A stretch of 64,000 nt of DNA, taken from contig CAVVMW010000012.1 in the NCBI GenBank assembly GCA_963749495.1, positions 1 through 64,000 on the forward strand, written 5' to 3'. Positions 11,542 to 21,680 of this stretch are shown here, one piece after another (the stretch's first letter is position 1; every line of letters starts with the position of its first letter). The DNA comes from an uncultured bacterium. GTDB taxonomy: Bacteria > Verrucomicrobiota > Verrucomicrobiia > Limisphaerales > UBA8199. The notes beneath the pieces were generated by a model. That model did no database searches. It was given only the letters and a program-made list of their open reading frames with translations, and was not told the DNA's origin. The position numbers were made by a program, and so were the translations under genes.

Positions 11542-11637
11542 ATGCGGGGACTACTCATTACGTTCGAAGGGACCGATTTGGTCGTCCAAACGGCAGCGTC
11601 AACCACCCGACAGGGCCTCGCCACTACTGGCGGGTAG
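11542..11637 (+). pseudogene. Possible remnant of a thymidylate kinase N-terminus
   Basis: Translates MRGLLITFEGTD, like Tmk xxGxFITFEGxDGxGKST, then diverges and stops after 31 aa. Confidence 0.35.
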
Positions 11638-11643
11638 TTCTCG

Positions 11644-11940
11644 TTAGCCCCGGCCTTTCCGCTTCCGGGACGTGGGCTTCGAAGCGGGAGGGGGTTGACG
11701 GGCGCGAACCCGGGGCGAGGGAGCCGGTGCCAGCAATTCATGCACCCCAAGCCCGAAGCCTGCAGCAATCTTTTCGAGGGTGACCAGGCCCGGGTTCCTT
11801 TTAATCCCGAGCTCGTAGAGTTGAAAGAGCTTGTAACCGATGCCGCAAGCTTCCGCTTCCTTCTCCTGCGTCCACCGGCAGGCGTGGCGCAGTTCCCGCA
11901 AGCGTTTTCCGAACCTGTTGGATGCCGATTCTGGTTCCAC
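11644..11940 (-). CDS. XRE-family helix-turn-helix regulator
   Basis: FGKRLRELR...WTQE..AE..GI......YELG..RNPGL.TLEKIA pattern. Confidence 0.85.
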   Translation of the reverse strand: MEPESASNRFGKRLRELRHACRWTQEKEAEACGIGYKLFQLYELGIKRNPGLVTLEKIAAGFGLGVHELLAPAPSPRVRARQPPPASKPTSRKRKGRG

Positions 11941-12206
11941 TCATATCAGGGTGAGATTCGGCGATTGACAGAAACACTCACTAAAGGTAGTTGCTGGTTA
12001 TGAACTTAGGGAACCGCATTGCCGGACTCGTTTTCAGGAGCAACGGCCCCGCTCTGGCTGGCCTGTGGAAAGACCGAAGCCGCGAAGGCGGACCCGGACT
12101 CCCCGGCCGGCGCTTGGTCCAGGCGGCCGGCGCGGAGTTTAGCGGCCAAGGCTGATATGTGCTCTCAGTGCGGAGGGCCGGCGGGGAAAACTCCCGCCTC
12201 CGAACA

Positions 12207-12491
12207 TCAGCCACCGGTTCTGTCCCGGGCACGCGGTTTGTCCCTCTGTTCGCGCATGGCGGCTGGGAACAAATTGTCGGTCGGAACTTTGAGCACAGTC
12301 GAGAGCTGGAACAATTCAACATCCGAGACGCACCGGAGCCGCGCTTCAATCTGCGAAAGGGTCCCGCGGCTGATGTCCAAGCCGTGCAGTTGGCAGCGGG
12401 CAGCCAGTTCGTCCTGGGTCAAATCCAGTTTGTTGCGCAATTTCCGGATTTGCGGTCCCACGACATTGGCGGGTGTTTTGGTTCGGGCCAT
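12207..12491 (-). CDS. XRE-family helix-turn-helix regulator
   Basis: NVVGPQIRKLR...LTQDELAAR...ISRGTLSQIEA..R.VSD.EL pattern. Confidence 0.88.
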   Translation of the reverse strand: MARTKTPANVVGPQIRKLRNKLDLTQDELAARCQLHGLDISRGTLSQIEARLRCVSDVELFQLSTVLKVPTDNLFPAAMREQRDKPRARDRTGG

Positions 12492-12533
12492 GCGCGAGTG
12501 TGGGCTTGACCCTATTGGGAAAAGGAACTTGCC

Positions 12534-12553
12534 TTGCTAAGAATTCCTAGCAA
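12534..12553. promoter_or_regulatory. Palindromic putative operator TTGCTAAGAATTCCTAGCAA
   Basis: 18/20 self-complementary, just upstream of the XRE gene in a divergent intergenic region. Confidence 0.5.
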
Positions 12554-12673
12554 CCTCTTGGGAGTGGACCGGCCGCCGGCCGCCGCCATGAGACAGGCGC
12601 CCCGCCACGGGGATGCGGTAGAGGACCGGAAGGGGCAAGGCGCCCAAACGGCGCGAAACATAAAAGGCGGGAC

Positions 12674-12874
12674 ATGGCCTGCCGCAAAAAGAAACTGACG
12701 CGCGTGGAAGTCGAAAAATGCGAGTTTAACGGGCAGCAGCTGCGCTTTGTCACCGGGTGGATGCGTGGCGCGGCGCCCAGCCGCAAATTGGCCCGGCTGA
12801 CGTTCCTGCCGCTGCCGGCCGGCGCCTACGAAAAGCGAATTCCGCGCGCCATCAGGAAGGTTTTGATCCCGTGA
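12674..12874 (+). CDS. Small hypothetical protein
   Basis: 66-aa ORF after an AGGCGG RBS-like sequence; GTGA overlap with the next gene. Confidence 0.4.
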   Translation: MACRKKKLTRVEVEKCEFNGQQLRFVTGWMRGAAPSRKLARLTFLPLPAGAYEKRIPRAIRKVLIP

Positions 12875-13209
12875 AACGCCAAATTTACCTGGTCCAAAGC
12901 TCCGGCGGGGTGTCGCTGGAGGTAGTCGGCGGCCCCTTCGACCCGGATGCGGCCGGCGAAATCGAGGAGGCCATCATCCGGCGGGTCAGAGAGGATTCCG
13001 GACTTCGCCACGGGGGAGACGACACGCTGCACACACTGGAAATCGCGCCGGACACCAAACCGGAATTTGGCGGCTTCTCCGGGGGTTACATGGACAACAT
13101 TCGCTGGGTGGCGGCTGGGTGCCCGGCCGAGGAAAAGCCGGACACCTGGGACCGACCGGATTTTGCTCTGACCACCAAAGAAAATGCGCGGGAAACGCAC
13201 GGGATCTGA
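12871..13209 (+). CDS. Hypothetical acidic protein
   Basis: GTG start overlaps the upstream stop; protein-like composition (KRQIYLVQSSGG...). Confidence 0.55.
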   Translation: MKRQIYLVQSSGGVSLEVVGGPFDPDAAGEIEEAIIRRVREDSGLRHGGDDTLHTLEIAPDTKPEFGGFSGGYMDNIRWVAAGCPAEEKPDTWDRPDFALTTKENARETHGI

Positions 13210-13303
13210 ATGCACAAAACGCCAAAATCACCCCAAGCCGCTATTGCTCTGCGGAGACCGTAACGCTAAAATGCGCCCGGCACCAAACTGTTGTGCAGCG
13301 TGA

Positions 13304-14251
13304 ATGCTTCCTCGAATGGCTGAAACGAACAAAATGGAAAAGCCGTTAAGAGAACCGATCCAGGCGCCGAGGTTCTGGCGAAAAATCAGCCTGCAACAGG
13401 GGGAAAAGCTGATCGTCGTGGAGCAGTTGGTTGAGGATTTTGCGCCTAGCCGCACGACGCTCCGCGACGGAGGCAGGCGGAGCGACGTTGAGCCTGATAT
13501 CACGCTTGGCTCCGTCCGGCAAAGGCACCTGGCCCCGGGGGCGGCCTCCTGCACGGTGCACCTCAAAGACGACCTGGACATCATCTTCCCCGACCTGGAC
13601 GCTCCGGCGAAGCTCAGGATCCATGATTGTCGTTACCAGCAGGAGTGCGAGGTCAATGCGCAGATCGGCTCACTGGCCGATATGCGGATCGAGGGTGCGG
13701 TCAACCTGGCCGAGGGAGTTTACCTAAAAAACAACACGGCATTTGGCGATCCCTACCAGCGGGAGGACCCCCGCGCCGTTCCCATCACTTTCAAGACGGG
13801 TTCGGAGGAGGCCCTGCGCTCAGCGCTCACGGAACTGCTGCAGGCTTTTCCGAAGATCTTCGAAGTCGTGCCGGAGCCGCGGGTCTTTGTCCACACGGAG
13901 TTCGACAACCATCCCGCAAGTTTCAACATTCACCTCTTTCATCGGGGCCAAACCTGGCAGGCCGAAACCTACTTCCTTTCCCTGGTCAAGCCCATCATTC
14001 GCGAAAACACCCCTTTGGGCTACTGTTACCGGAACGGGACCGCAACGCTCGAGCGGCGCTCGGACTTCCGCAAGGATTCGCTGTTCCTGAGCATCGAACC
14101 GGCGGCGCCGACTCCGGAACAGGTCCAAAGGGCGCGTCAGAACACCACCGCCAGATTTGAAAAGTTCGGCCTGACGCTCAATCCGCAGATCTTCGAGCAG
14201 AATCCATCGAGACGCGACGAAGGAAAGCCCCCGCGCGGGAAGTTCGGGTAG
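13304..14251 (+). CDS. Hypothetical protein
   Basis: 315-aa ORF with normal composition; TAAAAT at 13267-13272 upstream. Confidence 0.65.
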   Translation: MLPRMAETNKMEKPLREPIQAPRFWRKISLQQGEKLIVVEQLVEDFAPSRTTLRDGGRRSDVEPDITLGSVRQRHLAPGAASCTVHLKDDLDIIFPDLDAPAKLRIHDCRYQQECEVNAQIGSLADMRIEGAVNLAEGVYLKNNTAFGDPYQREDPRAVPITFKTGSEEALRSALTELLQAFPKIFEVVPEPRVFVHTEFDNHPASFNIHLFHRGQTWQAETYFLSLVKPIIRENTPLGYCYRNGTATLERRSDFRKDSLFLSIEPAAPTPEQVQRARQNTTARFEKFGLTLNPQIFEQNPSRRDEGKPPRGKFG

Positions 14252-14420
14252 TTCGGGTAGTTCGGTCTCATGATGGTCCTGGGTCGCTTTGGCTTTTTGG
14301 GGAGCTTGTGCTTGGCGGTTAAGAAGGCGATGGTGAGTTGCCCCGAGAGCGAAACCAGTGCCAGCGCGTTTCTCTTGTTCCTGGGCGAACTCGGAATCTC
14401 GCCCGCTTAAGCGGGCACAC

Positions 14421-14922
14421 TCACGAAAGGTCGAGGGGAAACATCGCAACGACTGGTGGGGCGCCAATCTCCGGATCCAGCACGTGCCCCTTTTCATCGT
14501 TCGTAGGGGACTCGGCGCTCAGTTGCCGGGAGAAGCGCGTTGCGCGCGCCTGGTCGAAAGGTCCGAAGGCATCAGGGCCTCGACAGACAATCCGCTCATC
14601 CGGCGCAAGGACGATCATCCCGTCGTGAAAACGCAAGGCTAATTCTCCCTTCAACCGCTGGGGATCAACGTCGGAGGGCAAGGGCCGGAACTGCAACGGC
14701 TTCAGCCCGTTGGCGACGTAGAGCTGGGCGAAAGCGCGCAGTTGCTCAAAATTCCTCAGCCCGGGAAACGTTGTCTGCAGCATCCGAAACGTCTTCGAGG
14801 CGTGCTCGCCGGCCACTTGCTGCACCATGTACTCCACGTTGCGCGTAAAGACGTCCGGTTGCAGCCGGCCGCGGAGCCGATCCAGGTCCGGGCTTCACGG
14901 GAGGTGAATCACAGCGCTGCAT
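14421..14922 (-). CDS. Hypothetical protein (likely frameshift ~14892)
   Basis: ORF 14421..14837 extends to ATG 14922 if one base is removed; TATACT lies 6 nt upstream of that ATG. Confidence 0.5.
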
Positions 14923-15086
14923 AACCTCAGTATAGGGCCGGGCAGATCGTTTACGTCCGGCCCGGAGGCCGTCATTTCACCTGCGCGCCCGGCAAGTCTC
15001 ACATCAACTGAGGCAAGGGCCAGGAATTCCCCCTGCGCCCTACAATGGACCAGGGCCCGCACAACCACGGGACAGATGACCTGGAT

Positions 15087-15383
15087 ATGAAACTGCAAGA
15101 GGCGGCGCTGAAGACCCTGAAACGTGTGGCCGGGGTGTATGCTGTGCGGCCAATTATCCGCGGCAAAGCCCTTACCCTGCGCCAGGGCCGTAACGGCCAT
15201 GAACTGGCGCAGGATGAAGGCGAGATTGTGCGAATTGTGGCCGTGAGCGACGCAAAAGCCAGTCTGCTGTCGTTTGCGGCTGTCAACGAGATTCCGGTCA
15301 AGAACTACGCCGACGTGGCGGCACCAAAGCCGCGGGTTCCTTCTGTCCCGAAACCCGGCGAGGTTCCTGAATTATCGATGTAA
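15087..15383 (+). CDS. Small hypothetical protein
   Basis: MKLQEAALK... ORF downstream of TACAATGG (15041). Confidence 0.55.
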   Translation: MKLQEAALKTLKRVAGVYAVRPIIRGKALTLRQGRNGHELAQDEGEIVRIVAVSDAKASLLSFAAVNEIPVKNYADVAAPKPRVPSVPKPGEVPELSM

Positions 15384-15604
15384 CCGCGCCCCGCCGCCCC
15401 ACAGGAAGCGCCTGCAAATCGGCGCCTGCTCGTTACCGGCTGATGGAGTTCCGGCCCTGTGGCCGATGCTCGTTGCGGCACACGCAGGTCTCGATGGCCA
15501 AACACAGGACACGATGGAGGAACCCTGCCTTGTCATCGGTTTCCAGCCCGCGACCAAACTCCGAACTCGTAGCGCGGCGATGAAGCCATCGGCCCGGGAG
15601 GCCG

Positions 15605-16379
15605 TTAGCTTACCGACATCGCTGGCGGCGGGACGGCCGGACGGTCCAGACCCAAGTCCCGCACTTGGCGGCGAATTGCCCGCGCGAAGGTGTCCAGCAA
15701 CGAGGACTGAACCACTACCGCATGGCTGTGGTTGGTAGAAGCGGCAATCCCATCCAGGAAAGACGCCATGACCTTCTGGAATGCGTTCCCTTGGCCGGGT
15801 TCAGCCGGCCAAGCGCCCGAAGAGCCGTTGGGCCAGGCGCAAATAGCCCGCATCAGTGGTGGGCTTCGTTCGGAAAAGGTCCCGCTCGGATTCAACCCAC
15901 TGCCTGATCCATTCATGCGGCTGTGGGCCGATAAGCGCCATGCGCTGCGCGAAGGCCGAGTAAGCGTTCGCCGGCTTAACGTCCGAAAGGCAGATGAGCT
16001 TGCTCTCGTCCGGAACGCGCAGCTCCGACCTCATGTTGCGCGCAAACTGGTTGGCGACCACACGCACTAGGTGGCCTCTCAGGCGGGTGGCTCCCTCAGG
16101 ACCCTGGATTTTACTGATGTCATCCATCAACCGCAGGTGTTCTTCGGCCAGCGCCGTTTCCGGTTTCACGCGTTGCGCCGGATCTGCCGCCCATTTCCCC
16201 AAAACCGCCGTAACCTGAAGCAGCAATTCTTCGGATGAACCCGGCTGCGCTGGGACCGCCGCGGCATACATCCTGATGAGTTGGTGAAGGGGGGTCCCCT
16301 GCCTCGCCAACCGCTGGTCGAGCAGGTTATAAATGTGCGGGCTGGCGTCTCTATGCGGGGTCGAGTTGCTCAATCTCAT
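15605..16379 (-). CDS. Hypothetical helical protein (likely frameshift ~15803)
   Basis: ATG 16379 preceded by TATAAT-GGGGGT; protein-like sequence continues in frame 15605..15916 (EPGQGNAFQKVMASFLDG). Confidence 0.5.
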
Positions 16380-16419
16380 ACCCCCATTATAAGAGGCACA
16401 GCCGGCTCTCTGCCGGAAA

Positions 16420-16761
16420 ATGGGGCGAACACCTCTCGTCCGCAAAGGCGCCGCCCGGATCCTTTGCAGGGCCAAAGGGATTGATCCCGGAATCCCAATG
16501 GACACGCGCGCCCTGCGAGTGCTGGAGCGCTCGGGGTGGTTCGCGGCCACACGCAACGCGGCAGTTCGTGAAAAGCAGCTCCTCGCCGAGGTCCCGGAGG
16601 GGCATCGCCACCGGCTGTTCCGGGCCCTGACCCGCCATGGCCGGCGCATCTGCCTGGCACAGCATCGAAAGTGCGGCCAATGCCGGCTCCGCAAGGAGTG
16701 CAATTCAGCCAGCCCAGAATCTGTCCCGGAAACCGGTTCCCACGCCCTAAAATGGAATTGT
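16420..16761 (+). CDS. Truncated endonuclease III-like protein (HhH region + [4Fe-4S] FCL motif), in frame with the downstream membrane protein
   Basis: RKGA..IL....G...IPMDTRALRVLER, then HGRRIC-x6-C-x2-C-x5-C, matching the Nth/MutY C-terminal half. Confidence 0.65.
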
Positions 16762-17190
16762 ATGCCGGCGGCAGCAAAGTGGATGTTCATCCTGGCGCTC
16801 GATGCGGTCCTCTGCGGGTTCTTTGGCCTGGGGATAGCCGCGCTGCATTTTCTTTGGCTCGAATACGCCCTCGCGCGCTGGCCCAAAGTCCGTTACACCG
16901 ACGATTACCAAACAGCGTTTGCACTGGTGTGCGCCGCCGCCTTTTTCGTGCTCACTTCCCTGCGGCAGATCGGGAGCCGCCTCAATTGCAAGAGCCTGCG
17001 GCCGGCGGAAATCGGTTTCATCCTGATCTTCGCCGCCATCCTTATGGTGGGCCTGACCCCTGTGCCCGGCAGCAATTTCCCGCAGTACCTCTATGAAATG
17101 AACTATCCGGGCAAGAAGGACGAAGCCAAAGCGGCTCCCGAAAAGGAGGAAGGAACCATGCTGCTCAAATTGAAACGCGACGATCCATGA
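16762..17190 (+). CDS. Membrane protein (about 3 TM segments)
   Basis: Hydrophobic segments; ATG 16762 has its own TAAAAT-GG motif at 16748; ATGA overlap with the next gene. Confidence 0.55.
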   Translation: MPAAAKWMFILALDAVLCGFFGLGIAALHFLWLEYALARWPKVRYTDDYQTAFALVCAAAFFVLTSLRQIGSRLNCKSLRPAEIGFILIFAAILMVGLTPVPGSNFPQYLYEMNYPGKKDEAKAAPEKEEGTMLLKLKRDDP

Positions 17191-19865
17191 GGCCTCGCAG
17201 AAATCAACGACAGCAGGCATTCGCCCTGGTCGGGGCCTTGGTGCTGGCCGTTCTGGTCTGCGTGGCCGCCTCCCTTGCGATCCGCAGCGCGCAGCACAGG
17301 CTCTCCGAGGCGCAGGCCAAGGAAGGCAACATCCAGGCACGCCTGGCCCTCGATTCAGCCGCCTCGAGGATACTGAGCCAACTGGATCGCGTGTTTGAGA
17401 TCAGAGGCGCTTATGGCGGAGCGGACCTCCGGCAGTGGCTCCAGGGCCAGGCACCAGCGGTTTCCGGCCCTTACACTGTAACGCTTTGCCTCACGAACGA
17501 GGTCCTTCCGCAGAATAACACAATTTCCACCCGCGCCGTCAGCGCCAACGGCCCGACCAAGAACCCGATGGACCCGCTTTACCCGGATTTCTGGATGGAC
17601 CTGACCAACTTTTATATCGACATCACGGCGCGCGCCACCCAGGCCGGCTACGCGGATTATCGTGCCCGTTACACGGTCCAGATCCGCGCAATTCCGGTCA
17701 CAGAATGGGCCGTGTTCAACCCGGGCCAACAGCGGGAGAGCGTCCAGCTCACACGCGACACCACCGATACAGACCATCAAGGTGTTTACGCCTATGCGGG
17801 CACCCTCTATTCCGGAGGATTCACCGCCGCCGGCGGTGCTGCGGCCACGGTGACCGATGCCAGCGCCTCCGACTCAAACCAGCGGTTGTGGCGGATAACT
17901 GGAGGGGGTGTTGCCAAGTACCCGAACTCGGGGTCGCAAGCCGCGCTCACGTTCAACGGCAATTACCCCGATTCAGAACCGGATTGGAGCAGCTATGAAG
18001 TGTGGGGCAGCCTGCACGACTCGACTGACACGGCCCTGGACAGCAACACCGAAGAGCAGTATGACAACTTCCTGCGCACAATGCCCGGGGCGCCCGACTG
18101 GACCACGCCTTCTTATCAACCCGTGCAGATTTCGCAGAATAACCCGTTGTACGACCCGGATCCCCAACTCGCCGGCAGTTATGTGGCCGTCCTGGACCTG
18201 GCGGGATACCTGGCGGAACGGCCGCCGCTGAGCTCCTACGCGATCCAGACCCCGTATTCGGGCGCGTTGCCCATCCCGACCATCGTGGTCACCAACTCGG
18301 AAGTGCTCGCGGGCGCGGGTGTGCCCCTGAATGTCACGTTCCCGCCGACGGTTCGCGCCTTCTTTACCGGGGCCGTCAACACCAATCTCGCCCGCTTGAA
18401 GGTCGAGGGAAACATAGGCTTTATCCCCCAGAACGCGAACGTTTTGGCCATCACCAACTACGCCGGCAACCAGCGGATCCCTGCCCCGGCCATTTTCGCC
18501 ACGAACCAATTCCGGCTGGTCACCCGTTCCGATGTGACCCTGGACGCGACCAACCAGGTTTTTGTGGAGCACCAGCGATACGCCTGGTTGCACCAGCAGC
18601 TTTACCAATGGGCCAGCAACATTCAGGCGAGCGTGCTCTCGGATCCCATGAGCCCGCTCTACCTGCCAAATGCCGCGGACGAAAACTATTTTCTCGATTA
18701 CCTGGCCCTCTCCAATCTCAACAGCACCGTCAAACCGCAGGTCTTGTTCCTGGCCGACAGCGCAACCAACCTCACGCAGAACATCTACACCAACGTGCTC
18801 AGCCGCTACAATTACGCCGGGTTTTACGAAGAGCAGGTGTGCGGCTTGAACGACGTGGAGCAAATGACGGTCCTGGATGCCACCTTGACCGACGATCACA
18901 TGCCCAATGCGGTGTCAACCATCCCCGGCAGCTTTGTGTTGAGCGGTTTGCAGGTCGTCACCAACCAGATCCAAATTGTCCAGCCCTTCACCCAAGACCC
19001 GGTCCCGCAGTTCAACAATCTGCTCCCCGCCCTGGACGGCAACTATGCGATCCAAGCTCTGGTTGTGCAATGGAGTCCAACCAACCTGGCTGTGCCCTTT
19101 CCACCAGTCACGGAGGCGAACATTCAGACCCTTCCATTCGCCAAGGCGTTCATCGCCATTCGAACCAATTACGTGGAGCGATACCAGGAAGCGATCAACC
19201 TCTTCCAGGCGACAGGAGACCGCCTCGCGCTGGGCACAAACGGACCGGTCCTGAGCAGCGTGGACCCTGCCGAAACGCATCCGCTGGGCGGCACCTGGAA
19301 GGATTATCTCTGGCTCAACTGGAGCAACGGCATCACCTACGAGCCATATCTGGGCATGCAGATCCGGGGCGGCCAGAACGGCGCCAGCGACCGCTACGAT
19401 GCGGCCGGGAACTGGAACGCAAACAACTTCGGAGCCTGGAAGTCCACCACCTCTTCGGCGCTGGAAGAGCAGTACGAAACAACCCCCACCGACAACCGAA
19501 GCGACGCGGACATTCAACTGGCGGACCCCGTTTTCTACAACAATACCTTCGTGCAGCGCAGCATCCAGTTCAACTACCAGACGCTGGGCTGGACCAAAAC
19601 AAATGCGCCGGCATCCTCAAGCCCCGCCCCGTCTTTCAACGGCCGGCTGGTGGTTGAAGACGGCATCAAACGGCCGCCCGGGCTCCTGCCCTCCGGACTC
19701 GTTATCAATGGGCAACTCACTTACTCGCACCGGACCAAGTGGTTCTCCGTGACCGACCCTCGGATCACCCAGTTCACCGTTAACCGAAACCCGACCACCA
19801 TCCCCCAGGGACCTGACCGTGTTTACGACATTCGCATATCGCACGTTGAGCTTAATCGGCTGTAG
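17187..19865 (+). CDS. Large PilX-like pilin / putative pilus-tip adhesin (892 aa)
   Basis: Basic leader + A/FALVGALVLAVLV class III-like signal without E5; A..A.DSA PilX-like helix; long N/T/Q-rich extracellular region. Confidence 0.6.
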   Translation: MRPRRNQRQQAFALVGALVLAVLVCVAASLAIRSAQHRLSEAQAKEGNIQARLALDSAASRILSQLDRVFEIRGAYGGADLRQWLQGQAPAVSGPYTVTLCLTNEVLPQNNTISTRAVSANGPTKNPMDPLYPDFWMDLTNFYIDITARATQAGYADYRARYTVQIRAIPVTEWAVFNPGQQRESVQLTRDTTDTDHQGVYAYAGTLYSGGFTAAGGAAATVTDASASDSNQRLWRITGGGVAKYPNSGSQAALTFNGNYPDSEPDWSSYEVWGSLHDSTDTALDSNTEEQYDNFLRTMPGAPDWTTPSYQPVQISQNNPLYDPDPQLAGSYVAVLDLAGYLAERPPLSSYAIQTPYSGALPIPTIVVTNSEVLAGAGVPLNVTFPPTVRAFFTGAVNTNLARLKVEGNIGFIPQNANVLAITNYAGNQRIPAPAIFATNQFRLVTRSDVTLDATNQVFVEHQRYAWLHQQLYQWASNIQASVLSDPMSPLYLPNAADENYFLDYLALSNLNSTVKPQVLFLADSATNLTQNIYTNVLSRYNYAGFYEEQVCGLNDVEQMTVLDATLTDDHMPNAVSTIPGSFVLSGLQVVTNQIQIVQPFTQDPVPQFNNLLPALDGNYAIQALVVQWSPTNLAVPFPPVTEANIQTLPFAKAFIAIRTNYVERYQEAINLFQATGDRLALGTNGPVLSSVDPAETHPLGGTWKDYLWLNWSNGITYEPYLGMQIRGGQNGASDRYDAAGNWNANNFGAWKSTTSSALEEQYETTPTDNRSDADIQLADPVFYNNTFVQRSIQFNYQTLGWTKTNAPASSSPAPSFNGRLVVEDGIKRPPGLLPSGLVINGQLTYSHRTKWFSVTDPRITQFTVNRNPTTIPQGPDRVYDIRISHVELNRL

Positions 19866-20499
19866 CTTGGCGCTGAGCGTTGCCGCCGGCCCCGTTACGG
19901 TCGAGGACGTTCGCGCCGAGCGCCAGAGCATCCCCCGGGCATTGGCGCGGGAGAAAGCCGAAGCGATTGAGATTTTTCGCGCCAGCCGCCAGCCATTGCC
20001 GTGGCAGCGGGCCATGTGCGGCATAGCCCGCGTCGAGAACAAACTGCAGGGCGTCCAAACCAACGCGGCGGCCGATCCCGGCGACCTGCAGGTCTCGTTG
20101 GGAGACAGGAAGCTGACCCGGCACGCGGACGTGTTGAAACGGACTTACACGGCCTGCCGGCCGGCCAATGGGATGCCCGTTTATGTGGACCGGACCAGCC
20201 GACCGGCGCCCGAGACCTACATCCCCCCCGAAATCCTCAAAGCCGGCGTCAACCTCCTGATACCCAAGGGAACGAACGAGGTGCCGGCCTGTTTGGGCGG
20301 CCAGGAACTGGAGGATTATCTCCATCTGCGATCGGATCAGAAACTCCGGGCCGGAGATTACTGGAAGGAACTCCACGCCCGACGGCTCGATGACGAACAA
20401 CTGGCGCGACTGCGCTACTATGACTACCTGGACACGCATGTGGCTTTGCGTTCTGTGCCTGTCTACCAGTGCATTGAAATCCGAAGCCGAAACCATTGA
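19819..20499 (+). CDS. Secreted hypothetical protein
   Basis: Signal-peptide-like N-terminus; within the pilin operon. Confidence 0.55.
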   Translation: MFTTFAYRTLSLIGCSLALSVAAGPVTVEDVRAERQSIPRALAREKAEAIEIFRASRQPLPWQRAMCGIARVENKLQGVQTNAAADPGDLQVSLGDRKLTRHADVLKRTYTACRPANGMPVYVDRTSRPAPETYIPPEILKAGVNLLIPKGTNEVPACLGGQELEDYLHLRSDQKLRAGDYWKELHARRLDDEQLARLRYYDYLDTHVALRSVPVYQCIEIRSRNH

Positions 20500-21112
20500 C
20501 CACCACAATGCCCGCTGGCAGGGGCCTGCCTGGCAGGCCAACCGTTTGGAGTTGGCTGGCTTGACCTATCAGGGCGCCCTTTTCCCGCTGATAACGCAGG
20601 GACCGGGGACCTTCTCGTTGCCCTCTGGGCCGTTTGTGCTGCGCCTCCATGTGCTGCCGTTGAGCGCCCAGGCCAGCGAGCCACTGCTGGTGCTCTGGGG
20701 ACGGGTTGCGGACCCCCAGGACAAGCCGCTGGCCAAGCTCTTCCTGAGAAAGGGGCGGCTGGTATGGGTTTGTCCGATCGACCCGAAGGGAGATTCCCTG
20801 TTCGACGCCCCAAAAGATGTCGAGTTGGAAACCAGGGCGCTGACTCCGGGCCTCTGGGCCACGGTCGATGTCCTTGTCAATCCATTGCCGTACCAGCAGA
20901 CCTTCGGCTGGAGCCTGGAGATCAACCATCCTCAAGACCCGGCCAAGCCGTCCGGCAAACCGCTGCACTTGGCGCGGCAACTCACCCCCGCCGACTGGAG
21001 CCTCCAGAAAATCAATGTGCTCCCGCTGCACGCCGCCTGGCTGGGGCAAATGGAATTGCTGCCGGCCGACACGCCCCCAGCCCAACTGCGGCCAAACATC
21101 GCCCGCCAATGA
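20390..21112 (+). CDS. Secreted hypothetical protein
   Basis: Hydrophobic N-terminus; ATGA coupling to the next gene; start uncertain. Confidence 0.55.
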   Translation: MTNNWRDCATMTTWTRMWLCVLCLSTSALKSEAETIDHHNARWQGPAWQANRLELAGLTYQGALFPLITQGPGTFSLPSGPFVLRLHVLPLSAQASEPLLVLWGRVADPQDKPLAKLFLRKGRLVWVCPIDPKGDSLFDAPKDVELETRALTPGLWATVDVLVNPLPYQQTFGWSLEINHPQDPAKPSGKPLHLARQLTPADWSLQKINVLPLHAAWLGQMELLPADTPPAQLRPNIARQ

Positions 21113-21648
21113 AATTCCTCCTGCTGTTCATGCTGCCGGCCTTGGCCGCCGCGGGGACCGCCATCCGCGACGTGTGCTTGCCGCCATGGTTCGACCAGGC
21201 CCCTTTTCAGAAAGTTGAACTCGAGCTCAAAGATTTGCCGGCAGCTTTCGCTCAACTGGACCATCCTTGCACCGTCATCCTCACCAACCAATTCGTTCCG
21301 GTCAGCAACGGGACTGCGCGTGCCACGCTGCTCATCGATCTGAAGAAAACGCCGGCAACCTTCCCGATCATCGTCATGGCCCCCGACGCAAATGGCCGGA
21401 TGGCGCCCCAGCAGAAGGTCATCTGCCACTTGTCATTGGTCCCATCGCCCATCCAGATCGAGGTGCGGGGTGACCACAGCTTCAGCCTGACCAACCTCAC
21501 CGAGGAACCCTTCGTGCTCGAACACACCCAAGACTTGACTATCACCTCGCGGGACGGGCGGCACATTTCCGGGACCTTCCACGGCAGCGGACGGCTCAAG
21601 CTGAAAGGAAGGCCGGAAATCCGGCTGAACCCAAGACCGCGCCCCTGA
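21109..21648 (+). CDS. Secreted hypothetical protein
   Basis: MKFLLLFMLPALAAAG signal peptide at ATG 21109. Confidence 0.6.
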   Translation: MKFLLLFMLPALAAAGTAIRDVCLPPWFDQAPFQKVELELKDLPAAFAQLDHPCTVILTNQFVPVSNGTARATLLIDLKKTPATFPIIVMAPDANGRMAPQQKVICHLSLVPSPIQIEVRGDHSFSLTNLTEEPFVLEHTQDLTITSRDGRHISGTFHGSGRLKLKGRPEIRLNPRPRP

Positions 21649-21680
21649 CGGGCGAAGCCGCCACTCCCCCGAAACTGGAC

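Noticed and set aside
14241..14266. AGTTCGGGT repeated about three times
   Set aside because: Short tandem duplication over a stop codon; no spacers and too small for iterons or an array.
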